From Chrysomallon squamiferum (lineage: Eukaryota > Animalia > Mollusca): a stretch of 64,000 bases of DNA. The notes below the pieces were generated by a model. The model was not told the DNA's origin, made no database searches, and worked only from the letters and a program-made list of their open reading frames with translations. This document shows, one piece after another, positions 1-13,000 of the stretch (position 1 is the stretch's first letter; each line of letters begins with the position of its first letter). A program made the position numbers and the translations under genes. Location of the stretch: positions 4,154,001 to 4,218,000 of the forward strand of contig CM022667.1 in NCBI GenBank assembly GCA_012295275.1, written 5' to 3'.

Positions 1-495
1 TTAAAATATGCACACAACTAATAAAAATACATCATTAAAACAACCCTAAAAAAAATATAAATCCCCCCCCCCATAAAACCAGAAATTAAAATAATCCTAA
101 AATAAGTCATATCTCAATCCATGGCAACTTGCTATGTGTATGTGTGTGATTTGATTTTTACGAGGCACAGATTAAAGAATGAAGCATTCAGATTGATGAA
201 ATTAAATTTATTTTTACCATGTATGTAAATCTATATTTAAAATAAAGAATCACATGACAGCATGACATCAATTCTCAGTTTGGATACAAATATAGGCGAG
301 TTCACACATATCACAGACAATCAATACTCATTTTCCTGTGACGTCAAAGTATTAAAACCTAGGAGATATATATATATATATATGTATGTGGATGTCTATC
401 TTTTCCTGTGCCAAAGTCTTTCTGCTGTTTCATTGCACCTCTGTATTTTTTGCATTCTCTCCTTAACTCCATCTGTTTTACTACAACCTCTCTCT

Positions 496-546
<51 letters not shown>

Positions 547-567
547 AGACACACACATACTTCTTAC

Positions 568-717
568 CTTGTTAACAATCTGCTGCTGTTTCATGTGTTT
601 CTGCTGCAAGCTAGCAACTTCTCGCCATAAAGCTTCATTTTCCCTGAAAACCAAATTAAATGTAATTTTTGTTCAATTACTCCATAATGCTAAAACCACT
701 AACATCTCAATCCATGA

Positions 718-756
<39 letters not shown>

Positions 757-3700
757 TATGTATGTGTGTGTCTGTGTATGTGTGTCTGTCAATAGTTGTC
801 ATTAACATCAGCTGGAAGGTTTCTGGACTCATATAAAAAGTAATGTGAAATTGTTTCATCCATTAATGAAGAAACTGAAACACCATCATTATTATTATTA
901 TTATACACCAAGTCCTTCTTCATGTGCAATAAAATAACAATATTTGCTACAAAATGTCACTTACGATGAAATGAAAAATATTCTGAAGATACTGTGGTTT
1001 GACCAAGAATAAAAGATTTTATTTTTACATGGTCAAATCTACATGTCCTAGTTCATCACTCCCAGAACATTATTAAAATAAATTATTTGAAACAAATGTC
1101 ATTACCTGATAGTTTTTATAGGCTAAACAATTTCACCTTAAACCCAGAACTGTCATTTTTTGATAGTGTATCATATCACTAAAAACAAGCTAGTATTTTA
1201 CTTTTCCGTTGTGTTAAAGTAGATAATAATAAAAATATTGCACATTTGATTTTCAGCATAAAATGCACTTATATTATTTTTACCTACTTACAAATATCTA
1301 TTCTTGTTGTTATTGTTCTAAAAAATTGGGGGGTGTGCGAGAGGGGTTCAGATGGACTAAAGTGTACTGCAAAGAAGAAAACCTATTTAAATGCCTGGGG
1401 AAAAAAAAAAAAAAAAAAAAAAAAAAAACTTTCAGAATTAAATATTTGTCAAAAGCAAATCTTTAAAACGATTTTACCTTTTCAGCATATCAAGTTTGTT
1501 TGTCAATCCGTCCTGCCGACCTTTCAAACAACGGACATCAGTGAGAACTTTTGACACATCTTCCTGTTTCAGTTTCACCGACTCCATCTTTACACTGTTA
1601 GACACCTGTAACAGCAGAAATAAAATAAAATAAAACATTTAAACAAGTACACTCAAAAATATTTGAGAATATATTAAATCAATGTCCAAGTTACTCAGTG
1701 TCGCATGTGTCATTTTAAATGTCATCGTGTGTCACTGCTGACGTATGTCACAATTTTTCTACCACTGTTATAGAAGATCAGTTCACATTTCCTGTGACAT
1801 CAGTGTTGCCAAAAGCAGCGCAATATTAACACTTTAAAAAGAAGTCAATGGATGATGACATTCTGTTATCTCTGTGGTTATATTACAACACAAGTATTTT
1901 TTTCTATAGCAACATTACAACTTTCAAAATATTCTCATTCTTTCTTTTTCGCTACACATTTTTCTCTTTCTTTCCATCTCTGTGAATATCTTTTGATTTA
2001 AATTCCAGGTGAACTGGAAAAGTGGCCCTCTAGTCTGAATCAACGCCATTTCTGAAAGAATTTTAACAACCAATTTAAAATGAAATGATTACCTTCCGTT
2101 TGATGTGCTCCAAAAGGTGTTCCTGACCTTGCTGGAAGAAAGGGTGGTGAAACTCAAGGTCATCCCTGTCTACTTTCAGAGCTCCCTGGTCCACATTTAC
2201 AACTTTACGAAACCCATCTGCAGAAAAAAAAAAAATTATATTTAAAAAAAAAAAAAGCACTTAACATTTCCGAATTCTTCTGAAAAAAATGTGTACAGTT
2301 CTATTTTACTATCACAAAAGCGAATTTTCTTCAGGATACTTGAAATAAATTAGATTCTGATTTAACATCAAAAATTAATTATCATTGCAGATAATTCAAA
2401 TAAAACGTCAGTACAACATACACATATTGAGCTGTCGGATGAAGCTTGCAATGTTGTTGTGCTTAAAGTATCTGGGCAGCACTTCCCGTGAGAACCGATT
2501 CTGGTCATGTATATGGAAACTCGTGCCATTCTGAAAAAAAATAATAATAATAATAATAAAATGAAAATATTTTTTTTTAAATGAAAAAATAATAAAAAAA
2601 ATTAAAAAATTAAATACAAAAAGAAAAATTTCATTAGTACTTTGATTTAGTTTCTTTATATATAATCTGAGGTGATGATGAATACACTGTCATGTTATGA
2701 TTATACTTAATTATTAACTGTTCGGGCTACTGTAAAAACAATGTATCTTCTCACATTAAAATATGTCAAATATTTAAACATACTACTACAGCATTTTATA
2801 CAAATACAACTCTGCATGCAGATAAAATATCTCTGCACAAATTATCCCTTTTTTTAAAAACACAATTTATGTGGTAACAGATTTTTTTTTCACATTAAAG
2901 CTGCAATAGTTTCATTACAAAGAGAAATTATAAGTAATTTCATCTATTTTTAACACCAGTGTCATATTGGGAACGTTTTATTTAATGTTGTTTAATAAAT
3001 GAGTTAGTTATAAGTTATTACATATCTAAAAACTTATTGGCTAAGCAATGCTTAACATAATCCTAACTACATTTTTGCTCAGTTTTTTAATCACATTTAA
3101 AAAAAAGTTAAAAAAAAAAAAAAAAAAAACTATAAGAAAAAAGTAAAATAAAATAATAATATATTACAAATCTGTATTACATATTTTCTCAAGTTTTGGT
3201 AATATTGTTTAATAAGTGGCTGTAACTAAAAATCTGATCTTGAAATGAAAATAAGAATAATTATATTAATATTCACTCTTCTAACAGGATCGTCAGTGCA
3301 AATAAAAATCGTTTATAGATAAACAACTAAAATGGTTTTGATTCAGCTGATTATCAAAATCTCATTCGAAGCATAGTCACTTAGTGCTTTTGCTAAGCCT
3401 AAACATAAAACAACATGGCGGCTTACGCAACAGACAGAACACACTCTTTGCAAAAACAATCTTTCTGAAGATTATAGCAGAAGTCATTTATCAAGTATCG
3501 ACTTCAGCCATGATAAAATGTCCCCGATTATGAGAATGTTTGATCTAGTGCATCTACTCATGACATGATATATAAAACGTATTTAACAGCAGCTGAAAAC
3601 GACAAAAAAATGAATTTACAGAACCACGAAAACTAGTTACTTTTGCATATAAAATGAAATGTTACTCAATTCCGATTTACCTGACCCCAGTATATCAAAT

Positions 3701-3800
3701 CATCCGTTGAGTGGTCTTCAACTAGCGTCCATAACTTTATCAAAAACGCTGGAACATTTCCAGCGTTTGGTTCGGCATCAAAAACGGTACCTGCATACAT
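568..3800 (-). CDS. HSF1: Heat shock transcription factor (HSF1 orthologue), 5' part; gene continues beyond the left edge
   Basis: GT-AG exons 3800-3681, 2530-2422, 2217-2093, 1605-1478 and 643-568 splice in frame. They encode [29 protein letters not shown]...[21 protein letters not shown]...[21 protein letters not shown] (HSF DNA-binding domain), then the HR-A/B heptad repeat (...[27 protein letters not shown]). Confidence 0.97.
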
Positions 3801-3852
3801 TTCAATGACCGATGTGAAAATGCAGATATGTCACATTTATTACTTTCTAACC

Positions 3853-3880
3853 TGCGCATGCGTTCCAGAAACACTTCCCA
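3853..3880. promoter_or_regulatory. Proximal promoter motifs upstream of HSF1 (NRF1-like TGCGCATGCG, two-unit HSE-like TTCcaGAA, ETS-like ACTTCC)
   Basis: A GC-rich motif cluster about 55-80 nt upstream of the HSF1 ATG in otherwise very AT-rich DNA. These are motif matches only. Confidence 0.45.
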
Positions 3881-3885
3881 CGGAG

Positions 3886-4280
3886 ATAAAAAAAAAAAAA
3901 AAAAAAAAGGATGCAAAGCATTTCCGACAAACTTCGGACAAAATGAGAGTAAAGAGTATCCGAGTACAATTAATTAACGATTTAAATTCTTATTCTTATT
4001 TTAGTCTCAGCAACACACTGATTACATGACTGATCTTATATCTTTGTTCTAGATGTGATTTAGAAAATGATAAAAAAAAAAAAAAAAAAAAAAAACGGAT
4101 TCAAAGCATTTCCGACAAACTCCGGACAAAATGAGAGTAAAGAGTATCCGAGTACAATTAAATGTGGAAATAAATGACAGATCCTTAACGATTTAAATTC
4201 TTATTTTTATTTTAGTCTCAGCAACACACTGATTACATGACTGATCTTATATCTTTGATCTAGATGTGATTTAGAAAATG

Positions 4281-4312
<32 letters not shown>
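3886..4312. repeat. Tandem duplication of about 165-190 bp, each copy bounded by poly-A tracts, in the HSF1/ALPK1 intergenic region
   Basis: ggat(g/t)caaagcatttccgacaaact...gatgtgatttagaaaatgat occurs at about 3909-4071 and about 4097-4282. The second copy has about 23 extra bp. Confidence 0.9.
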
Positions 4313-4314
<2 letters not shown>

Positions 4315-4822
4315 AAACTCCCCAAAAACCTGCTTTTTCCGGTTGCAGTTTTAAGTTAGAATCATTCACTGTTTTCTTAATTTAAACCATGTTAAAGTGA
4401 TCATACATTACTGAAAACAGCTGACTTATACATCATTAAAAAAATAAAAATAAAAAAATAAAATAAATATTATAATAAATTTATAAATAAGTATGTGTGC
4501 AAGAGTTCGAAATAAGTTTGACTGATGTAATATTAAACATGAATGATGAATATAGATATCTGTGTATTTTAATATAATCTTGGCTAGAAATAGCAAATCT
4601 TGGCTTGAAATAGCCCTAGGAAAAGAATAATTTCCAAGAAAAGTTCGTTGACATAGCTACATCTTTATAGACATCACCTGTATATGTGTGTGAGTCTAAG
4701 ATTACAATTTTTATGTAAATTTCCAGTTAGCAGAATTTATAATGAATGAATCGTTTTTAATGTGTTAATGTTTGTAAGTACATATTTTTTAAAACTTATT
4801 TAATTATTATTTCGGCATTTTA

Positions 4823-4855
<33 letters not shown>

Positions 4856-4939
4856 TAATAATAATAATAAAAAAAAAAAGAAGAAGACTTTTTAATCACG
4901 AATCGATTTTTCTTTTCTGCCAAATACGAATTTCAAATA

Positions 4940-5240
4940 CGCCAACGGAAGTCGCTTGATGTAGATTTCCGAAGCACAAAAATAGAGTTGTGATCACACG
5001 GAGGTTTGACGATGCGGAAAAGATCATCTGCTCTTTTGCGTATCTGAAGATTATTTTTGTAACATTATTAAAATAAAATAATTAAAACTGTGCAAACAAA
5101 TAATTCAGTATTTGATTAATTTATTTATTTTAAATTTTATTTTTTAAATTATTGAATGAAAAAGAAAATGATTCAATGTTTTTGGGGAATTCAAGTTATC
5201 CGAAACACGGAAGTAAAAGGAGGATTGTTTCACGGTAAGA
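4940..5240 (+). promoter_or_regulatory. Probable ALPK1 promoter and non-coding first exon (donor cacg|gtaaga at 5234/5235)
   Basis: Two ETS motifs (CGGAAGT at about 4947 and 5208) and a kB-like GGGGAATTCA at 5184-5193. A consensus donor lies upstream of the acceptor at 5876 that precedes the ATG. Confidence 0.45.
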
Positions 5241-5939
5241 AAATTATAAAATCGTGTTTATTATTAATTATTTTTAATATTCAGATAATTAAACGTATAT
5301 ATTTTGTTTTGTTTTTAGTTTTTAAATAATGTAATGATTCCATCGTTAAAATAATTAACTAAAGAATCTTCACAAGTGTATCATTTTAGTTAAAGATTAA
5401 TAAATGTATTTTCAACTGAGAAATACGTGACCAGTTGTCGCTTTGTTCCTGTCAGAATGAAATGTTAAAGCGATGTTTTATTTCTATTTTGTTTCAGTTT
5501 CTTATTATCTCTGTCTGCAGCAGCCAATACCAATGTTAGCTGTAAGTAATAATGTGCGTGTTGTGTTTATACTAATACGATCTGTATCTGTTTTCGTGGT
5601 GCATACGCTTTTGCGTTTTGTGTCTGGTTTTATATATATAATTGTGTGTATCACTGTATGTGTGTGTGTGTTTTCTGTATATTACGTCTTTTTGAAATGA
5701 TAAGTTAAAAGGCAATTATACATTAGTTCAACATAACGGTGAAAAAATTACTGTAATCACTGAATCTGTTTTTAGATTGTACTTCACAAATGTCGTAATA
5801 TATATATATATATATATTTACATACACACATAAACTCACATTATATAATAGTTCTATTATTATGATTTCTTATTAGGTACTAAAACTCCTAAATACCTAA
5901 TTCCTGAAGAATATATCAGAAAAAGGACAACACACAGAA

Positions 5940-7017
5940 ATGTCTGTTAAACCAACAGAAATCCTCCAGATCCTTAATCTGAAACCGATAGAAGAAGCAG
6001 GTTTGATGAAATTTAGTTTTTACTGAAGATTAATTATGAAGAATACTGCTTAGTATATTATTTTAAAAATTAACATACACACACATATATATAATTTTTT
6101 TATTTCATTTTGTTTTAAATGGTTTTATATATATATAAATATATATATGACAGGTATATTTTTAAATTTATTTTTATTGCAAACTCTCGGGATGATTGTT
6201 TAAGTTGTAGCTTGTTCAAAAAGATTAATTAATAATAAATCATCAGATTAAATAGCAATGTGTACTTTTTAGTATTTAAAATTAGACTTTTAGATATTAA
6301 TTTTTCAGGATAATAATAGGATTTTATATACATATATTTATTTATTTATTATAAATTTTAAATCTAAATAAGTACAAAAAATAATATTAATACTATTTTA
6401 GCATTTTATTTTTGTAATAATTAAATTTGCAATATCAGATTCATGAAAATATTTCTAATATAAATTCTATTAACAATATATTAAAAAAAGCAATTATAAT
6501 TCAATTTTCAGAAATTCTCTCAACACTTTTTGATAGAAAAGAACAAAACAATGAAGGTGGAGAGAGCAGGTTGAAACAGTGGATGTCACTTTTTGAAGAA
6601 AACATTGCAGAGCTTATAACACAGGCGGAAAACCAAGCGTGGCCATTTTTACCACCTCATGTCACACCAGAAATGTTGGCATCACCAAACAACAAAGTTT
6701 CAACTTACAACAACATTGAACTTCTTTATGTAAATATATATTCAGACACACACACACACACACACACACATGTATATATATATAAATGTATATAAAATAC
6801 ACACACACAAACACACATACACACACACACACATGTATATATATATAAAATACACACACAAACACACATACACACACACACATGTATATATATATAAAAT
6901 ACACACACAAACACATACACACACACACATGTATATATATATAAAATACACACACACACACACATGTATATATATATATATAAAATACACACACACACAT
7001 GTATATATATATATAAA

Positions 7018-7072
<55 letters not shown>

Positions 7073-10014
7073 TATACATACACAAACAAACATCATTTTT
7101 AAAAATGATGATGTTGATAATTTCATTTATGATGGTGATGTTGATGCCAAATTATTTTACTTTTGATGAATGTTATATGTTTGATTCTGTACTTGTTTTT
7201 GCTGTTGTTGCAGTAAACTTTCTGTTCCAACTTTTATTTTATTTTATTATGTAGAGATTATACATATATATATATATATATATATATTGTGTGTGTGTGT
7301 GTGTGTGTTTGTATATTTTATATATATATATATATATATAATAAAATAAAATCAGTTTTATACATTTATATATTTATTTTAATTACAGTTACCATTAGTG
7401 TTTGTTTTTTAAAAGATTATTTTATAACATTATAAATTAATTTCATTTTCTTCATTTCTCTTTTTTATTTCTTCTCTTTCTCTCTCTCTCACAATATTTT
7501 TTTGTTTTTTTTATTATAGTACTGTTTACATGAGGCTGTTCAAAATAAAAATTACAAGATGGCCGCCGCTATTGCATTTGTTGTTGATCGAGCAGCATAC
7601 AGATTCGGTTCTTCAAGGTCGTTGTTAAGGGTCATTGACCTTATTTTGAATGAAGCCCCTCACACCCCTGTTGCCCCTCAGGTTGTCCTGCGCAAGGCTA
7701 GGATAATGAAGGACACTGGCGATTTGCATGGAGCAGTGAAGGTTCTAGATGCAGTAGTTTCTAAAGGTGAATATTCGATGTTTTTAGAAATACATTTCTC
7801 ACAAACTTCAGTTTATGTCCAATCCTTTCAAACAGCCTACTCTGTTGTTGTTCTTTTTTTTTTTTTTTAACTTGTGAAATGAAAGTGTTTCACAACCTTG
7901 TCTAAAACTTGAATTTTATGTTTAGTACCGACAGTTGTTATTTCAGGTGCATGCACTAGTTATTCGAAATCGTAAACATAATTTTTTTTTATTTTTTATC
8001 TTGATGGCAGTGGTGTTGTTGAGAAAAACACAACATAATATTTTAGAAGCAGATGTTTGCAGTGCAATCACAAACACACAAGTTATTATTTTAGATGTTT
8101 GTAGTACAATACAAACACACAAGTTATTATTTTAGATGTCTGTTGTGCAATCACAGACACACAAGTTATTATTTTAGATTTCTGTATGCAATCAGAAACA
8201 CACAAGTTATTATTTTAGATGTTTGTAGTGCAATCATGAACATAAATTATTATTTTTTTTATCTTGATGGCAGTGGTGTTGTTGAGAAAAACACAACATA
8301 ATATTTTAGAAGCAGATGTTTGCAGTGCAGTCACAAACACACAAGTTATTATTTTAGATGTTTGTAGTACAATACAAGCACACAAGTTATTATTTTAGAT
8401 GTTTGTAGTACAATACAAGCACACAAGTTATTATTTTAGATGTTTGTAGTACAATACAAACACACAAGTTATTATTTTAGATGTTTGTAGTACAATACAA
8501 GGACACAAGTTATTATTTTAGATGTTTGTAGTACAATACAAGCACAAAAGTTATTATTATAGATGTTTGTTGTGCAATCACAAACACACAAGTTATTATT
8601 TTAGATGTTTGTAGTGCAATCACAAACACACAAGTTATTATTTTAGATGTTTGTTGTGCAATCACAAACACACAAGTTATTATTTTAGATGTTTGTAGTG
8701 CAATCACAAACACACAAGTTATTATTTCAGAGAGACAGTGGGATTATAAGACTGAAGACCAGTACACCAATGTCAAGGCTGTTTGTGTTCAGGTCAAAGG
8801 TCAGATACTGCATAATCTTGGTGAGTAAATATGTCATTACAAAGTTTCATTCATTCTCATTCATTTTTTTTATTTCTTATCATTACTTTTTTTTTTTTTC
8901 TATTATTTATTATTACTATCTTTCATTATATTTTATTCTTTCTTTCTTTTATTCTCATGCTTTCATTAATTTTCATGCTTTCATGAATTTTCATTCCGTT
9001 TTACATTTATGCTCAGTCTTTACTTTTATTTATTCTGGTCTTTTTTTTTTGTTTTTTTTGTATCATTCTCTTGTGTGTTCATCACCAAACCTACAGGTCT
9101 GTGGAAGGAAGCCATCGAACCTCTTGTCCAGTCCATCGAATCATTCAAGTATCTCCATGACAACAAAGGAACCTCTTCCTCTCTTGGCCTTCTCTGTTGT
9201 TGTTTCAAAAAACTATCACAGCATGAATTCAAAGAAGTAAAACAGAAATTTCCACATCTGTTTCAGTCACAACATCCCTGCTACGAAGCCTACAGACAAG
9301 GGACAGAGGCAGTCAGTTACATTCGAGATCTGGGACAAACACTGTACCTCTGTAAACATCAGGTAACCGAGACCCTGTTTTACTGTATTTATTTTTTATT
9401 TTTTTGTAATTATTATTATTATTATTTTTTTTATCTCTAGTAATACTGTTTTGTTTACAAAGATTATTAATGGTGTTGTAAACATCAGACTGTGTGAAAC
9501 CTTTTTTAATATTATTTTAGAGAGGTTTTTGGTGTTTTTTTTTGTAAGACACTGCCCATCAAGATTTAATTTGATTGTTTTTATTACTTTTGTACAAGTG
9601 TAACTTTTCGTGTTGCTGCTTCTGTTACTGTTTGTTGTGGATTTTGATCTTATTTAATGTTGTTCACATGTTTCATTTTTCATATTGTTATTGACATTAT
9701 GTTATTCTTGTTATTGTTATTGTTCGTGTTATTGCATTTTCGTTATTTTGATAGTGAAATTATTTATTATTTTTGTTCGATTTTGTTTCTTATTTATTTA
9801 TTTATTTATTTAATTATTTGCTTACTTCTGTTTACTAGTTGTTTCATTAGTTATTATTTAAATATCATTTTTAAAATATTTAGATTTATTTATTTATTTG
9901 TTTATTTATAAAAATAAATTATTTTAAATTATTTGATATATTTATTGAATTTTTTCATTGCACATATAAACACACACACACTCACACACACATACATCTA
10001 CACACACACATACA

Positions 10015-10052
<38 letters not shown>

Positions 10053-13000
10053 CTTCATTTTTATTTGTTCAAACATTCATTCGTTTGTTCATTTATATTT
10101 GCTTTTAGCTGTTGGCAGAAGAGTCGTTATTGATATTTGCCATGCAGGCACCTGGTACACAGTACCAGTGTTTTGAGACCATTGTTCATGGAGTCAGAGG
10201 AAGTCTCGCTGGTCATCAGACTGTGAACTTCCTGAAAAGTGCTGAAACTTTTATAGAATTTATCAGAGGCCTGTTTGTAATTAGTCTAACACTGTGGTTC
10301 TCACCGAAAGAGCAGGACAGAGCATTGTCCAAGTATTTAGAGCAGTTATGCTTGGAGCTTTATCATCATCTAGCACAGCATACAGAAGACAGGGTAGAAC
10401 ACACAAAAGAGTCAGTGAAAATAATGAATACTGGACTCGGTCTACTGGGATTACCTCCCTTACTAGGAAGTGAAGAGTTTGATATAGAGTTGTCTCTCCT
10501 GAAGGCTGCGGTGCAGTCAGAAGATCTGGAACGAAAAATAAAAAAAGATGAAAATTCTAACAACCAAAATGAGTCCAAAGGAAACTTAGCCGAGCCTGAA
10601 CACAAAGAGAAATGTGAAATGAAGTTAGGAGCTGTTAAGTCTGAAGAAGCAGTGAAAATTGGTAACCCTGCAACTCACAGAGAAACAACAGCAAGCCATA
10701 ATATGAAAATGCCTTCAACATTCCCATTAACAACACCTGAAATCAAATACAGATTTCCTAGAAAGTCACAGCAGAAGTTTGTTGGTGTTCCAGTCACCCA
10801 TGAAGAATTGCTGTCATTTTGTTCCACTACAACCAGTGAAGAAAATGAGTCAGATCCTCAGGCTGAGGAAGCAGTTGAAGTGGTCAATCTTTCTGTGACC
10901 CACATTTCTCAGACTCCCCAGACAATGAGAGATGACTGCTCATCCATGATGGACAAATCCAAGATCCTTCAAAGTAACTTGAACACAAGCAGTTCTGGGT
11001 CTGGGAAAGAAGAGGCCTGTGGACAAAACAGTGCCGAGGCCTCTAAGAAAGGCTCCAGTTCTGGAACACACATCATTGAAGAAGAAAGTAGCTTTGAGAA
11101 AATGTCAACTGCAGAAATCAAAGGCTCTTCCTCAAAGAGTAACACAGATGAACAAGTTTCTGCTTCTTCACCTGACACCAGTTCAGGAAGATCAGCATCA
11201 CTGGTCAGTGTGGATAAAGCCAAAGTGAGCAGTTTGGAAACAAGTGACAGTAGTGACATGTCTCCTCTGGTTGACTTGTCCTGTTCCACAGTCGACTCTC
11301 AGACTCTGGACAGTCTGAGTATTGGGGAAAGTGTTGATTCAGGAAGTGATCTTGAAGACTATTTGAAAAAGTGGAGACCACCAACATCAGATGGAGATGA
11401 TGTAACAAAAGTGTACAGTAAGTAAACGAAATCATCATTGTTTGTTGAATAGTTTTGTATGTGTTTGTTGTTACAGTACTTGATTGTTCTGGTTCCTATT
11501 CTGTGACTTTAGGTTACATTTTTTTTATTTATTTTTTATTCCTAGCTTTTTTTTTTCTGTCATTATTATCATTATTCTACTCTGCCGCCTCGTCATCATC
11601 ATCATCATCATCATTATATAAAATATTGTTATTACTGTTTTAATTGCCATTAGTCACTTTATTTATGCATTAAAAACATTTTAACTACATTTAAACATCT
11701 CATCTTCGTAATAAATATTCAAAACTGAAAAATATTTACTGTATTTTTTTCTTCTTTTTTTAAGGAGGTGTACTGATGTCATACCACCCAAACACTGGAG
11801 ACTGGACTCAGCAGAGCACTCTGGTGTACAGAGGCTCTGAGCTTGACATTCCTGACAAAAAAAAGGGAAACTGTAGAGATGTCTTCCATATTCAGTTTCT
11901 GCACCAAGATGAACCTTTAGGAAAGTAATTACATTTTTATATACTGTTACTACTGTTGTTATTGTTGTTATTATTATTATTTTAACTGTTGTTGTTGTTG
12001 TCCTTATTATTACTTTTATCTTTATTGTTATTGTTATGATAAAAGTGTTAACGTTATTTTTCATGTTGTTGTCATTATGATTTTATCATTACTACTACTT
12101 GCACTATTACAGTTATTGTTTTCTTGAATTTTCAGGAATTATACATATTTTCTGATAATGCATTCTGTCCTGTTATTTCAATATATATATAATGGGATGT
12201 TTCAGGTATGTGTGTAAGCGATACAGAAAGCAACGGGAACCTGAAAGGTATATCCTGGATGTTCAATGTCAAATGAGAGCTGGTTATTATGTTACAAAGT
12301 TCAATCAAGGCTTACAAAACTATAAAAAGGACATACAAGTAAATAGTATTTATTTTTATTTACGATAACCATACTAATACACATTTAAATTAATTTTATT
12401 TTACCAGTTTTAATATTGATTTATTTCATTGATTATAATTTTTATTTTTATTTTTCCAATTTATTTTAATCATTGTAATTTCTCATTTACTTATATCATC
12501 CTTGTTTTTATTACCTTTTAAAATTTATTCTGATTATAATCAATATCTGATTCTTTTGTAAAAAGAAAATAATTAATAAGAACATATTATTATTTTTATA
12601 ATTGATTTTAAAATGATTCTGAAAATGTTATTATTCATTCTATTTAATTTTGATAAACTATTATAATTTACTACTTTTATTTCTAAATGACTGTTACTTC
12701 AAAAACCAAGTCTAAATATCTAATTCAGTGGTTCTCAAACTTTTTGAAGTTGGGGCACACTTGAAGCCTTACTAAAAATTGATGGCACACTACACACAAA
12801 ATGCTAAGAACATTTTAATGCTGAGGTGTGGATATAATGTACTATAAATACATTTTTTATCATCACAAATATCTACCTACATCTTGAATTTTGTGGGGCG
12901 CACTTTTGCATGTCTCTGAGTACTCGTAATTTAGTATCTGTTTCTATATAATTTAATAATCGATTCTTTATAATTTAACTAGATGAATTTATGTAAATTT

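Noticed and set aside
6662-7254. VCVC/HTHT/IYIY ORFs (and similar ERER, LSLS, LLLL and YLFI ORFs elsewhere)
   Set aside because: They are translations of microsatellites and AT-rich low-complexity intron DNA.
10366-11438. Antisense and alternative-frame ORFs over the large ALPK1 exon
   Set aside because: Shadow ORFs of a real coding exon, with no independent motifs.
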